Positions 1-10,777 of a stretch of DNA of 64,000 bases are shown piece by piece. The stretch covers positions 35,769-99,768 of the forward strand of contig JAMPXW010000001.1 in assembly GCA_023701005.1 (NCBI GenBank), read 5' to 3'. Source of the DNA: Burkholderiales bacterium (GTDB lineage Bacteria > Patescibacteriota > Minisyncoccia > Phycocordibacterales > UBA9973). The notes under the pieces are model-generated. The model was not told the origin of the DNA. It ran no database searches and worked only from the letters and a program-made list of their open reading frames with translations. Made by a program: the position numbers and the translations under genes. Within the stretch, counting starts at the first letter, position 1. Every line of letters starts with the position of its first letter.

Positions 1-408
1 AAAACTTCCTCTGTCGTTCAAATTCATAGAATCAACTTCTTCCCATTCTCCTTTTTCTATTTTAACGAATACACCTTGGCCTAATCTTTCTCCTTTTTCT
101 ACTTTTACTTCTTCATCTTTAATATTATACACTTGTAAAAGAATTTCGTCAGAATCTCCACAAAAATCATTATCAATATACCCTGTACTTACTAAAAGAC
201 CCTTCCTTTTCAAAGTACTAGAACGATCTTTTATTTCCAACATATATCCTTCAGGGATTTTTATAATTACATTAGTAGGTAAACGTTCTATAGACTTAGA
301 AGGAATAACAATATCTACCCTAGAATACAAATCAAAAGCTACTGCACCTTTTGTGTGATATCCTGGTAACGGCAATGTTTTATCTATTCTTTTAATTTTG
401 ATTTTCAT
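1..408 (-). CDS. dut: dUTP diphosphatase, 3' end truncated by window edge (not in ORF track)
   Basis: Manual translation MKIKIKRIDKTLPLPGYHTKGAVAFDLYS...DRSS...GYIDNDFCG...GERLGQGVF...DRGSF shows the trimeric dUTPase motifs. Confidence 0.9.
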   Translation of the reverse strand, partial: MKIKIKRIDKTLPLPGYHTKGAVAFDLYSRVDIVIPSKSIERLPTNVIIKIPEGYMLEIKDRSSTLKRKGLLVSTGYIDNDFCGDSDEILLQVYNIKDEEVKVEKGERLGQGVFVKIEKGEWEEVDSMNLNDRGSF

Positions 409-431
409 TTTATTTGATTTAGCAAAATCAT

Positions 432-1124
432 CTATTTGGTTATAATCATTTTAACTTTTTCATAAACTTCTTCATGAATATCTTCCCTCGTGCGTAATAT
501 ATTTTTATTTGCACATTCTATTTGTATAAATTCTTTTTGTGTCTTTGCTAGCCAAACTGCACTTTTCTGGGAATTTGTTAAATATTCAATATCCCCTTCT
601 ACAATATCTTTCTTCTTGCCTACATATGAACGATTCCCATTTTTATTTCTTTCTTTTATGAGACTCAATATTAGTGGAATGGAAAGATTCAAATAAATTA
701 CAACAGCTGGTCTCGAAATTTTAAAAACTTTATATTCCATTTCATCCAACCATTTGATAAAAGCTTGTCTCTTTCTTATATTAGCTATCTTGCCTCCTTG
801 GTGAATCTGATTGGCAGAGACATATCTATTTGCTATTACAATGTAGCCTTTTTTAAGCCAACTTTCTGTCTTTTCTTTTGACTCAAATCTGTCTGCTGCA
901 TATAACACAGAAGCTATTTTAGGATGAACCTTAACAAAGTTATAATATTGCTCTGTTAAGCAATGTCCAATAAATTTACCAAAAAAATTAGAATAATAAT
1001 CTGGAAAATCAATAATTTTAACTGTCCTACCTTCTTTCTTCAATCTCTTAGACAAGAGCTCAACTTGTGTTGCTTTTCCACTACCATCTGTTCCATCTAT
1101 AACTATGAGTTTCCCCTTTTTCAT
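432..1124 (-). CDS. tmk: thymidylate kinase
   Basis: P-loop DGTDGSGKATQ, LYAADR, NRY motif; next to dut. Confidence 0.9.
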   Translation of the reverse strand: MKKGKLIVIDGTDGSGKATQVELLSKRLKKEGRTVKIIDFPDYYSNFFGKFIGHCLTEQYYNFVKVHPKIASVLYAADRFESKEKTESWLKKGYIVIANRYVSANQIHQGGKIANIRKRQAFIKWLDEMEYKVFKISRPAVVIYLNLSIPLILSLIKERNKNGNRSYVGKKKDIVEGDIEYLTNSQKSAVWLAKTQKEFIQIECANKNILRTREDIHEEVYEKVKMIITK

Positions 1125-1164
1125 ATTGTTTTACTATATCAAAAAAGGTCTTAAATTGAAAACT

Positions 1165-1497
1165 CTAAAAATCTAAGATTTTTAATCCTCTTTTGATGAC
1201 AATAAAACCATAACCCCAAAGAAACGGGAGCCAAAGTGGCATTAAACCAAATAAAGTATTTCTCACAAAAGTTTCTACTCCAGTACTAATGAAAACCATC
1301 TCAGACAATATCATTGCGCAAAATCCAAAAAGAAATATAAAAGTATCTCCTTTCTCTTTTTTAATAAAGAAAGAAATTAAAATGATTCCCAAATACACCA
1401 CTGTCAAAATATAATCGTTTTGAATAATTGGTATTAACCAAATCATTACAAGAATTGGAATAATATTTAAAATTATATTTATTATTTTATTTTTCAT
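1165..1497 (-). CDS. small multi-pass membrane protein
   Basis: About 4 hydrophobic segments, MPLWLPFLWG; co-oriented in operon. Confidence 0.6.
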   Translation of the reverse strand: MKNKIINIILNIIPILVMIWLIPIIQNDYILTVVYLGIILISFFIKKEKGDTFIFLFGFCAMILSEMVFISTGVETFVRNTLFGLMPLWLPFLWGYGFIVIKRGLKILDF

Positions 1498-1500
1498 ATT

Positions 1501-1977
1501 TTATTTTTCTCCTAGCTCTTTTAATGCTTCTTCTGCATAAAATCGTACGTTCCGGGGTAAATTTATTTTTCTAAGTTCAAGTAAGTCTAACCATTTAGTT
1601 TCTGAACGTTCGTGTTCCATTACAGAATTTAATAATATATCATTTTTTGCCTTTGCAAAATAAACAAAAACTATGTGTTTATGTGATGAAGTAGCAGGAT
1701 GCATTCCAAGATATTTAGGAGGAATTAAATCAATATACCCACAATTTTCTTCATCACCATTCCCTATTCCCTTTTCTCCTCCTATTATCTCTACATCTAA
1801 CCCAACCTCTTCTTTTACTTCACGCATCGCAGCTTCTATTGGGTCTTCATCTAGTTCAATATGCCCTCCTACTGAAAGCCAAACTTTATGTTTATCATGC
1901 ATGCGAAGAAGTACTTTGTTTTTGTAAACAATAAATACTTCTACTGTAAAATCAACTTTTTCATGAATGTGTGGCAT
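1501..1977 (-). CDS. NUDIX hydrolase
   Basis: Nudix box GGHIELDEDPIEAAMREVKEEVG. Confidence 0.9.
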   Translation of the reverse strand: MPHIHEKVDFTVEVFIVYKNKVLLRMHDKHKVWLSVGGHIELDEDPIEAAMREVKEEVGLDVEIIGGEKGIGNGDEENCGYIDLIPPKYLGMHPATSSHKHIVFVYFAKAKNDILLNSVMEHERSETKWLDLLELRKINLPRNVRFYAEEALKELGEK

Positions 1978-1978
1978 A

Positions 1979-2710
1979 TTATTTAATCTTTATTTCATTA
2001 TTTAAGTCTTTTTTTATTTCTTTGTTTTCTTTTCTTCTCAAATATATCTCTTCATATAATTTCGGATTAAATCTTCGTAAATACTCCCAACCTTTTGGAA
2101 TTATTTTAGTTTCTGTGTCAAAATCATACTTCTTTGCGAATTCTTTTATATTGTCTTTCATTTGTTTTATTTGATTTTCATCTTCAACCATAACTTCAAT
2201 TTCACATAGATCATATCCAAAACTTAATTTATCGACATCAATCTTGAATCCCTCTTTTATATATTCTTTCCTCTCAGTCTTAAAATCGATATATGAAACA
2301 AGCTTCTTGTCTTTCATTAATTCTTCAATGCTTTTCCCTGTATTAAAATAATTCTTTATATCATCTGAAACATCGCTTAAATAATCCTTTATCTCATTCT
2401 TATCATTTATTTCAATATCCGCTTTCGAATCAATTTTAATTTTTAATTCCAAAACTCCAGTAGCTTCATATCCTTCTTTTTTTGAAAGTCGATAACGCAA
2501 ACGTACTTCATCTTTTAACAATCTAAAATCATCAAAATCATAATAAATATCTCTGATATTTACATTTGAAACCACTTCTAAACCCTCAATCATCTTATTT
2601 AATTGTTCTTCAGTTGGCTGAAATTTTAATTCCACTTCAATATCTCTTTTCTTCTCTTTTTTTGCGTCATCTTTTTCATCCATAGAATTATTTGTTCTAT
2701 CTTTAAACAA
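1979..2710 (-). CDS. CYTH (triphosphate tunnel) domain protein
   Basis: EVELKF (ExExK), DIYYD, RLR and CEIEV motifs. Confidence 0.75.
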   Translation of the reverse strand: MFKDRTNNSMDEKDDAKKEKKRDIEVELKFQPTEEQLNKMIEGLEVVSNVNIRDIYYDFDDFRLLKDEVRLRYRLSKKEGYEATGVLELKIKIDSKADIEINDKNEIKDYLSDVSDDIKNYFNTGKSIEELMKDKKLVSYIDFKTERKEYIKEGFKIDVDKLSFGYDLCEIEVMVEDENQIKQMKDNIKEFAKKYDFDTETKIIPKGWEYLRRFNPKLYEEIYLRRKENKEIKKDLNNEIKIK

Positions 2711-3947
2711 ACTTTTTTGGTATTGGAAACTTTTTAGCGAGTTTTTTAATTTCTTTATGAATGACCTCTTTCACTTTTTTATCATCTTTATTTTTAAGCG
2801 TCTTTATTATGAGTTCAGCCACATAAGCACATTCCTTTTCTTTAAAACCACGTGTGGTTATGGCTGGCGTACCAAACCTTATACCAGAAGGGTCTAATGG
2901 CTTCCTCGTATCTCCAGCAATGGCATTCATATTTAAAGTAATACCTACTTCATCGAGTACTGTCTGCGCCTCTTTGCCTGTCACACCCAACGAACCAAAA
3001 ACATCCGCCAAAATAAGATGATTGTCTGTGCCTCCACCTATCATGCGAATCTTATTTTTGAGAAAAACTTTTTCCATAGCCTTAGCATTTTTTAAAATTT
3101 GTTTTGCATACTTTTTGTATTTTGGTGTCATTGCTTCACCGAAAGCCACAGCCTTTGCAGCGATAATATGCATATGTGGACCACCTTGTATCCCTGGGAA
3201 AATAGCTTTGTCTATCTTTTTTGCTATTTCTTCATTGTCTTTAGTCAAAATTATTCCACCTCGAGGGCCTCTCAATGTTTTATGCGTAGTCGAAGTGATA
3301 ATATCAAAACCATCATCAAAAGGATTACGAAGAACTCCTCCTGCTATGAGCCCTGCGATGTGTGCCATATCAGCCATAGTGACAGCACCTACTTCGCGAG
3401 CTATCTCTACAAATTTTTTGTAATCGAGATTGCGTGAATATGCAGAAAAACCAGCAAGAATAATTTTGGGTTTGTATTGTAGAGCTTGCTTTCTTAAATC
3501 TTCATAATCAATTTCACCCGTATCGGGATCTTTCATTTTGTAAGTGATAAACTTATAAATCTTTGCAGGCAAAGTCATCGGATGTCCATGCGTCAAATGT
3601 CCTCCGTGAGATAAGTCCATTCCTAAAACAACATCTCCAGGATTCAAAAGCGCAGAATAAACAGCCAGATTTGCTGGAGCACCAGAATGTGGTTGAACAT
3701 TGGCAAATTTACATTTAAATAATTTACATACTCTTTCTATTGCAAGACGTTCAACAGCATCAGTAAAATCTTGACCACCATAATATCTACGTCCTGGGTA
3801 TCCTTCAGAATATTTATTAGTAAAAATAGAACCGTTGGCTTTCAACACATCTTCTGAAACATAATTTTCAGACGGTATGAGTTCCAAGCCTTCTTTTTGT
3901 CTTTTTTCTTCAGCTTTTATTAGCTTTTCTATTAGTTTATCTCGCAT
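2703..3947 (-). CDS. glyA: serine hydroxymethyltransferase
   Basis: LIPSENY, NKYSEGYPGRRYYGG, TTHKTLRGPRGG (PLP lysine). Confidence 0.97.
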   Translation of the reverse strand: MRDKLIEKLIKAEEKRQKEGLELIPSENYVSEDVLKANGSIFTNKYSEGYPGRRYYGGQDFTDAVERLAIERVCKLFKCKFANVQPHSGAPANLAVYSALLNPGDVVLGMDLSHGGHLTHGHPMTLPAKIYKFITYKMKDPDTGEIDYEDLRKQALQYKPKIILAGFSAYSRNLDYKKFVEIAREVGAVTMADMAHIAGLIAGGVLRNPFDDGFDIITSTTHKTLRGPRGGIILTKDNEEIAKKIDKAIFPGIQGGPHMHIIAAKAVAFGEAMTPKYKKYAKQILKNAKAMEKVFLKNKIRMIGGGTDNHLILADVFGSLGVTGKEAQTVLDEVGITLNMNAIAGDTRKPLDPSGIRFGTPAITTRGFKEKECAYVAELIIKTLKNKDDKKVKEVIHKEIKKLAKKFPIPKKFV

Positions 3948-4795
3948 TCATTTATTTTAGCACATTTAATAAATATTGTTCCTAGGAGGTCTGTTCTGAG
4001 TATTTTGGAGTTAAATAACGACAAAGTGTCTAATGTATTCTGATGTGGGTGTCCATATTTGTTGTCTTTGCCATCCGAAATTAAAGAATACAAAGGAGAA
4101 ATAGCTTTAACAAAATCTTCTGATGAAGAAGTTCTAGAGCCATGATGCCCTACCTTCAAAACAGTACTTTTTAATTTTGAAATTGAATTATTTTCAAGAA
4201 TTATTTTCTCTGTTTTTATAGTAGAATCACCTGTGAGCATGATAGAAAAATTCCTATAAGAAAGTCTGGCCACGAGAGAACCATCGTTGGTGGCAAAAGC
4301 TGAAACATCTCTATCTGGAAACAAAACTTCAATCAAAACTCCACCACCCAAATCGAGCTTCATACCTTTTTTCGCCAAAATACTTGGTATATTTTTTTCT
4401 TTTAATTCATTTTTTAAATTCTGATAAACTTTTGAATCTGTTAAAGTGCCCGGTTCAAATACCTCTTTTACTTCATATGTTTTCAAAACATCTAAAAATC
4501 CTCCAATATGATCTTGGTCTGGATTAGAAATAATAAAAGCATCTATCTGCCTATCAAAAGGAGACATAACTTTAGAAAGTTCTGTCAAAATCTTTCTTGG
4601 AGGTCCTCCATCAATCAAAACTTGATTGCCCGTGGGAGATTCTATAAACAAAGCATCCCCTTGTCCAACGTCCAACATAACAAATTTGAAACTATTATTA
4701 GAACTTTGCAAATCAAGATATATAAGCAAAAAATTTACTAGGACAAGCAGAAAGATGAAGGATATTAACCAGTACTTTTTGCTTTTTTCAAACAT
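3932..4795 (-). CDS. ComEC/Rec2-type metallo-beta-lactamase domain protein (stand-alone C-terminal part)
   Basis: N-terminal TM, LDVGQGD, SNPDQDHIGG, LKVGHHGS, NKYGHPH. Confidence 0.85.
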   Translation of the reverse strand: MFEKSKKYWLISFIFLLVLVNFLLIYLDLQSSNNSFKFVMLDVGQGDALFIESPTGNQVLIDGGPPRKILTELSKVMSPFDRQIDAFIISNPDQDHIGGFLDVLKTYEVKEVFEPGTLTDSKVYQNLKNELKEKNIPSILAKKGMKLDLGGGVLIEVLFPDRDVSAFATNDGSLVARLSYRNFSIMLTGDSTIKTEKIILENNSISKLKSTVLKVGHHGSRTSSSEDFVKAISPLYSLISDGKDNKYGHPHQNTLDTLSLFNSKILRTDLLGTIFIKCAKINECEIN

Positions 4796-4851
4796 GCTAT
4801 AATCATAACACGAACAAATCTCCTTATATTATTAATTAACTACAAAAAATT

Positions 4852-5433
4852 ATGAAAAAAATAGAAGAAAAAAAGTTTAACTTATCTGAATTAAAGGGCA
4901 TTTCAGTTAAAACAATAGAAGAACATTTGAAACTTTACGCAGGATATGTAAAACATGCCAATATTATTCTAGAAAAAATTGAAGAATATAGCCTAGATTA
5001 CGACAAAAACTCTTATACCATAGGAGAATTACAAAGACGTTTTGGTTTTGAATATAATGGGGTCAAAAATCATGAAATATATTTCGAATCACTTTCAAAA
5101 GACCCAAAAGACTTACCCTCGGATTCAAAACTAAAAGAAGCAATATCTACAGAGTTTGGGTCTTTCGAAAAGTGGCTAGAATCATTCAAGAAAATGGCTT
5201 TAACTAGAGGCATCGGTTGGGCAATGCTTTGTTATGACAAAAAAGAAAATAGATTGTTGAATGCATGGATAGATGAACAACATTTAGGATTATTGCAAAA
5301 TTGTAACACAATCCTCGCACTAGATATGTGGGAACATTCTTATTATTTAGATTACACACCAGCAGAAAAGAAAAAATACGTTGAAGCTTTTTTTGAAAAC
5401 CTAAATTGGAAAGAAATTGAAAAAAACTTTTAA
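4852..5433 (+). CDS. Fe/Mn superoxide dismutase family protein
   Basis: EEHLKLYAGYV, NHEIYF, DMWEHSYY metal-ligand motifs. Confidence 0.85.
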   Translation: MKKIEEKKFNLSELKGISVKTIEEHLKLYAGYVKHANIILEKIEEYSLDYDKNSYTIGELQRRFGFEYNGVKNHEIYFESLSKDPKDLPSDSKLKEAISTEFGSFEKWLESFKKMALTRGIGWAMLCYDKKENRLLNAWIDEQHLGLLQNCNTILALDMWEHSYYLDYTPAEKKKYVEAFFENLNWKEIEKNF

Positions 5434-5496
5434 GTTTTTAATAAAAATATTAAATATTAAGTTTTTAAGTTTTTATAAAGAATCAATTTCTATAAA

Positions 5497-5593
5497 GCAA
5501 TCTATCTGGCGAAGCTTCGCCAGCGAACTGCTCGTCACTCAAGAAAATAATAAATAGAATACTATTTTTATTTTCTAAGCTCCTACGCAAGGC
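5497..5593. repeat. structured intergenic insert with perfect palindrome CTGGCGAAGCTTCGCCAG
   Basis: 18-bp palindrome at 5506-5523; flanked by direct repeat TTTCTATAAA at 5487-5496 and 5594-5603. Confidence 0.45.
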
Positions 5594-5596
5594 TTT

Positions 5597-7063
5597 CTAT
5601 AAATTATTCTTAAAAAAACTTTGCAGTGTGATTCTCCAAAAAAGTAGATAGACAAAATAAATATAGATAACCAAAACAAAAACTAAAGGAAAATTGGGAA
5701 TAGAAATAGCGGCAAAAGGGAGATTAGAAAAGAAACTTATTATGGACAATTCATAATGCAATAAAAGTTGAGAAACAAAACCAAAAGGAACAGAAAAAGC
5801 ATATGAAACAAACCCCGAGAGTCCCGTCAAAAACCCTAAAAGCATTGTGGGTGGGATAAAAGGCAAAATTAATATATTAGCTGGGAGAGCAACTAATGAA
5901 AGATTGCCCATTTTGTAAAGGATAAAAGGTAAAACAAACACATAACAAGCAACTGTCACAGACACAATATCTCTCAATTTAAAACGAGGAGTAACCCATA
6001 AAAAATATTTCTCTATTTTAGGAGTATAGAAAATGACAGCCACTGTGGCTATAAAAGAAAGTTGAAAAGAAACATCAAATACTAAAATAAATGGATTGAC
6101 CAAAACCATAATAACTCCAGCCAATATTAATGCTCGAGAAACATCATAATTTCTACCTATCAATCTGGCAAAAAGAGCTAAGCCTGCCATTATACCCGCT
6201 CTTACAGCAGTAGATGAACCTCCTGTCATCAAAACAAAAAGTAGAATAGAGAAAATGCCGGCCCCTAGTCCGATGTTCTTTGGAAAAGAGGCAAGCATTT
6301 TCATTATCCATTCAGCCACGATCGTCACATTATATCCAGACAAAGCGACGATGTGTATCGTTCCTGTGTTTACAAAACTCTGCCTCAGAGATTCGTCAAA
6401 AGCAGATTTTTCTCCTAAAATAAGCCCACCCATCAATAATGATTCTGGTTCCCTAATAGACAAATTCATTTTATCTAAAAATTTATCTTTAACGGAAAAC
6501 AATATACTCTTTATAAAATTGCCATTATTATGTGAATCTATCTCAACCTCTGGGTATTTAACAATATAAAAAATTCCATCTTTTCTTAAATAATTGACAT
6601 AATCAAATTCTTTTCCTTGATCTGTCATGAAATTTTCTGGTTTTTCTAATTTCCCTTTTATACTTAAACCATCACCATATTTGAAATCTAAATCTAAATT
6701 TGTAATTACTAAAATTTTAGTTTTTATTTTGTTTATAAATATTTCTACTACTAATTTTTGATTATTTTCTGTAATAGTCGGATCATCTATGACATTACCC
6801 ACAAAAGAACTTTCAACGTATTTTACATCTGGCATAGAGATATCTGCCATACCAAATCTAAAAATTCCAAAAGAAAAAGTAAGCATGAATATTCCCCAAA
6901 ATATAATAAAACTATTTTTTGAAATAAAATAATAAAACAAAATAATTCCAAAAGATATTATTCCAAATAAGATAACTAGATTTAAATTTACAAAAATAAA
7001 AGAGCGCAAAAGCACTCCTAAAATAAAACCAATGGAAGATAAATAAAATATTCTATCTTGCAT
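5597..7063 (-). CDS. comEC: ComEC competence channel (OB + competence domains)
   Basis: HIVALSGYNV, SSTAVRAGIMA, DVSFQLSF; multi-pass membrane. Confidence 0.9.
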   Translation of the reverse strand: MQDRIFYLSSIGFILGVLLRSFIFVNLNLVILFGIISFGIILFYYFISKNSFIIFWGIFMLTFSFGIFRFGMADISMPDVKYVESSFVGNVIDDPTITENNQKLVVEIFINKIKTKILVITNLDLDFKYGDGLSIKGKLEKPENFMTDQGKEFDYVNYLRKDGIFYIVKYPEVEIDSHNNGNFIKSILFSVKDKFLDKMNLSIREPESLLMGGLILGEKSAFDESLRQSFVNTGTIHIVALSGYNVTIVAEWIMKMLASFPKNIGLGAGIFSILLFVLMTGGSSTAVRAGIMAGLALFARLIGRNYDVSRALILAGVIMVLVNPFILVFDVSFQLSFIATVAVIFYTPKIEKYFLWVTPRFKLRDIVSVTVACYVFVLPFILYKMGNLSLVALPANILILPFIPPTMLLGFLTGLSGFVSYAFSVPFGFVSQLLLHYELSIISFFSNLPFAAISIPNFPLVFVLVIYIYFVYLLFWRITLQSFFKNNL

Positions 7064-7085
7064 TTAAGTAATTAAACTTAAAATT

Positions 7086-7562
7086 TTAAATTTCATTTTT
7101 TAATTCTATTTCATTATTATCTGCGAAGTTTGTCGCTATCTCATCTGCTCTGTCGTTCCATTTGTCTCCACTATGCCCTTCTACATACTGCCATTTAATC
7201 TGAAAATTCTTAGTAAGTTCATAAAGTTCTACCCATAATTCTTTATTTAAAACTGGTTTTTTGGCAGCATTTCTCCAATTATTTTTTTGCCAATTAAAAA
7301 TCCATTCAGTGATACCATGTATAACATATTTAGAATCAGCAAATATTTCTATCTCCTTTTCCGCTAGGTCTTGCCTAGCGGAGATATATTTTAACGCTTC
7401 TATCGGAGCCATGAGCTCCATTTGATTGTTTGTGGCATGAGCTGAAAATCCTCCCAATTCTTTTATTTTATTATCAAACATAATAATAGTTGCCCAACCA
7501 GCTTTACCTGGATTCCCTCTAGCAGCACCATCTGTATAAATAATAATTTTATTCTTTCCCAT
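7086..7562 (-). CDS. rnhA: ribonuclease HI
   Basis: YTDGAARGNPG, TNNQMEL, DSKYV, GHSG, NDRAD; start moved to the second Met. Confidence 0.95.
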   Translation of the reverse strand: MGKNKIIIYTDGAARGNPGKAGWATIIMFDNKIKELGGFSAHATNNQMELMAPIEALKYISARQDLAEKEIEIFADSKYVIHGITEWIFNWQKNNWRNAAKKPVLNKELWVELYELTKNFQIKWQYVEGHSGDKWNDRADEIATNFADNNEIELKNEI

Positions 7563-7566
7563 ATTT

Positions 7567-9261
7567 CTATAGTATATCAATAATTCTAAGTCTTAGCTCT
7601 TCTTTGCCTTTGAATCTAGACATATCAAAATTGGCAAGGAGACTTACCTTTTTACCTTCTTCTAATTTTGTTTTAAAAGAATCTTGATTTGAAAAGAAAG
7701 ACACTCCTTTTATTTTATTTTTTACATCTTCAGTACTTTTATCAGAAAAAGTTATTTCCAAATGTTCTCCAGAACCATTTTTGCCAAACTTTTTTATATT
7801 ATCTATCTTTACACTCTCAAACAAAAACACGGGCTTAGGATTAGCAAGACCAAAAGGAGAAAGTTTTTCTAATTCAGACCAATTTTTCTTATTTACTTCA
7901 TTTAAAGTAGAACGAACGTCATAAGAAATTTCTTCCCCTTTCATTTCTCTTTTTACTTTATGAAAAGAAGTAGCGAGCGCATCTTCTAAAAAATGAATTT
8001 TCTCTCCATCAACAGAAAAACCTCCTGCTCCCTCATGCCCTCCAAAATCCAAAAAAGAATCAATGCTTTCAGACATCAATTCTACTAAAGACACAGATCC
8101 ATCACTTCTACATGAACCTTTGATAACATCATTCTCATCTTTACCCCAAACAAATACGGGCCTTTTGTAGGCTTCCACGATCTTACTAGCCACTATTCCC
8201 AATACGCCGACTCGCCATTCTCCATTGCCTATGACTATCACTTCTTTCAATTCTCTTTTTTCTAATTTTTTATTTACTTCACGCATTATACTGATAACCA
8301 TCGTCTTCCTATCATCATTTATCTTCGTCAAATGATCAGCCAATATCCCTGCCTCTACTTCATCTGTCGTAGCCAGAAGTTCATAAGCTTTGAAGGGATC
8401 ATCCATTCTAGAAGCAGCATTCAACCTGGGTGTAATCATAAAACCGATATCATCTTCATTTAAATACTTTTGTTTTATATTTAATTTACTTAAAAGTTTT
8501 TGCAATCCTCTGCGTGGAGATTTTTGTAAAACTTTCATACCAAAATACGCCATAGCTCTATTTTCTCCCAAAAGAGGAACAAGATCAGAAAGAGTAGCTA
8601 GCCCTGCCATATCTAACAACCATTTCTCCCAACCTTCTTTTATTTTAAAATATTCTCCATATTTTTTTATAAAACCTTGAACAAATTTAAATACCACACC
8701 CGCACCACACAACATCTTTTCAGGATAATCATCTACTTTAGGATTTAAAATAGCAAAAGCTTTTGGCAATACAAAGGAGGCAGACCCGCCTTGACTTGCG
8801 TCAACGCGAGGCAGGTGATGATCTGTAATGATGACATCAATACCGCCCACTTCTGCTTTTGCAACTTCAGAGATTGCAGCGATGCCTAAATCTACCGTTA
8901 TTAAAAGTTTTACTTTATTTTTTATAAATTCATCTATGGCTTTTTCATTCAAACCATAACCTTCAGTATTTCTTCCAGGAATATAAACTTCATAATTTGA
9001 ATAATTTATTTTTTTAAACAAATCTTGAAAAATGACAGCTCCAGGTATTCCATCACAATCATAATCTGCATAGATAACAGTTTTTTCTTTATTTTCTATG
9101 ACTTCAAAAAGCTTCACGCAGGCTTTATCCATATCTCTCATTAAAAAAGGATCGTGAAAATCTCTTTCGTAATCTGGATTTAAAAAAACTTCAGCATCTT
9201 CTATGTTTTTTATTCCTCTCTTTTCTAAAATATTCCGAAGTAATTCATGGTACCTTTGCAT
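7567..9261 (-). CDS. recJ: single-stranded DNA exonuclease RecJ
   Basis: DYDCDG, ITDHH, PRLNAASR, GSCRS, GGHEGAGG (DHH/DHHA1). Confidence 0.93.
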   Translation of the reverse strand: MQRYHELLRNILEKRGIKNIEDAEVFLNPDYERDFHDPFLMRDMDKACVKLFEVIENKEKTVIYADYDCDGIPGAVIFQDLFKKINYSNYEVYIPGRNTEGYGLNEKAIDEFIKNKVKLLITVDLGIAAISEVAKAEVGGIDVIITDHHLPRVDASQGGSASFVLPKAFAILNPKVDDYPEKMLCGAGVVFKFVQGFIKKYGEYFKIKEGWEKWLLDMAGLATLSDLVPLLGENRAMAYFGMKVLQKSPRRGLQKLLSKLNIKQKYLNEDDIGFMITPRLNAASRMDDPFKAYELLATTDEVEAGILADHLTKINDDRKTMVISIMREVNKKLEKRELKEVIVIGNGEWRVGVLGIVASKIVEAYKRPVFVWGKDENDVIKGSCRSDGSVSLVELMSESIDSFLDFGGHEGAGGFSVDGEKIHFLEDALATSFHKVKREMKGEEISYDVRSTLNEVNKKNWSELEKLSPFGLANPKPVFLFESVKIDNIKKFGKNGSGEHLEITFSDKSTEDVKNKIKGVSFFSNQDSFKTKLEEGKKVSLLANFDMSRFKGKEELRLRIIDIL

Positions 9262-9297
9262 AAATGCAATTTTAACATAATTTGATACAATATCCTT

Positions 9298-9696
9298 ATG
9301 GAAAATTGTATATTTTGTAAAATCGTTAAAAAAGAAATACCTTCTAAAAACATATATGAAAATGAAAAATTCTTATCATTTCTAGATATCTACCCTGTGT
9401 CCCATGGGCATATACTTATAATACCCAAAAAACATATAATATGGATGCAAGATTCAGACGATGAAACAATATCCGAGATTTTTAAAATAACTAAAAAACT
9501 AATGCTCGCTATTAAAAAAGGCTTAGGTTGTGATTATGTACAAATAGCTGTAAGTGGAAATGATATCCCCCATTTTCATATTCATCTGATACCTAGATAC
9601 AAAAATGACGGTCTCTCCGAATGGCCGACAAAAGAATATAATAGTGAAGAAGACAAAATAGAAATAGTAAAAAAAATTACTGATTCGATTATTTAA
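9298..9696 (+). CDS. HIT family hydrolase
   Basis: CIFCKI, histidine triad HFHIH. Confidence 0.92.
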   Translation: MENCIFCKIVKKEIPSKNIYENEKFLSFLDIYPVSHGHILIIPKKHIIWMQDSDDETISEIFKITKKLMLAIKKGLGCDYVQIAVSGNDIPHFHIHLIPRYKNDGLSEWPTKEYNSEEDKIEIVKKITDSII

Positions 9697-10777
9697 GAGC
9701 TTTTATCCCGGGCAGATTTCCTTTAGCTAGAAAATCTAAAGTGGCCCCTCCACCAGTAGAAACAAAAGTAAACTTTTTTTCTAATTTAAGTAAAGAAATC
9801 AAAGAGACGATGTCTCCTCCTCCGATAATACTTTCTGTTTTAGTTTTTGAGATAACTTTCAATATTTTCTTTGTGGCTTCACCACCATCTTTTTCATATT
9901 GACCCAATGGACCATTCCAAAGAATTAATTTTGATTTTTGAACCAAATTTGATAACTCTTTCGTAGTATTTTCTCCAATATCTATAATATTGTCATGCTT
10001 CTCTATTTCTTCTATCTTCTTAAAAATCAATTTATTATTTGAACTCACTAAAACATCTTTGGGCAAAATCAATTTTTTATTTTTTAAAATTCCATCAAAA
10101 TTATGATCTTCTAAATCAATCAAAGAATTCCCAACTTCATTTCCTTTCTTTTTTAAAATAGTATTTGCTAAAGCTCCACCAACGAAAACAAAGTCTGCTA
10201 ATTTAAGATATCTTTTTATTAAAGGTAATTTTGTCGAAAATTTAGCCCCACCAGTTATGTAAAGAAAGGGGTGCTTTTTATTTTTTGTCACTTTAGATAA
10301 ATTCCTTACTTCTTCTTCTAGCTGGAATCCAGCGTAACTTGGCAAATATTTTGGCAAAGAAACGATAGAAGCATGATTCCTATGAGAAACAGAAAAAGCA
10401 TCATTCACATAAATATCCCCTAATTTTGAAAGCTCCTTTGCAAAATCTTTATCATTTTTCATCTCTCCTTCAAATTTTCTTATATTCTCAAAAAAAGAAA
10501 CTTTGTCTTTAGAAATTTTTGATAACTTAAAAAAATGTTTTATAATTGATTCCAAGCTTTCATTACCATCTTTACCTAAATGAGTAATTAATAAAACATG
10601 AGCACCCTTATCTACTAAAAATTTGATAGTTGGTAATGATTTTTTAATTCTAAAATCATCCAAAATGATGCCATCTCTTATGGGAACATTGAAATCTACA
10701 CGAACTAATACTTTTTTATTTTTTAAACCCGTCTTGCCTAGTCGAGGCAGATTTTTTATTTGTTTAATGTTTCGCAT
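9689..10777 (-). CDS. pgk: phosphoglycerate kinase
   Basis: RVDFNVP, VNDAFS, GGAK, WNGPLG, VSTGGGA. Confidence 0.95.
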   Translation of the reverse strand: MRNIKQIKNLPRLGKTGLKNKKVLVRVDFNVPIRDGIILDDFRIKKSLPTIKFLVDKGAHVLLITHLGKDGNESLESIIKHFFKLSKISKDKVSFFENIRKFEGEMKNDKDFAKELSKLGDIYVNDAFSVSHRNHASIVSLPKYLPSYAGFQLEEEVRNLSKVTKNKKHPFLYITGGAKFSTKLPLIKRYLKLADFVFVGGALANTILKKKGNEVGNSLIDLEDHNFDGILKNKKLILPKDVLVSSNNKLIFKKIEEIEKHDNIIDIGENTTKELSNLVQKSKLILWNGPLGQYEKDGGEATKKILKVISKTKTESIIGGGDIVSLISLLKLEKKFTFVSTGGGATLDFLAKGNLPGIKALK

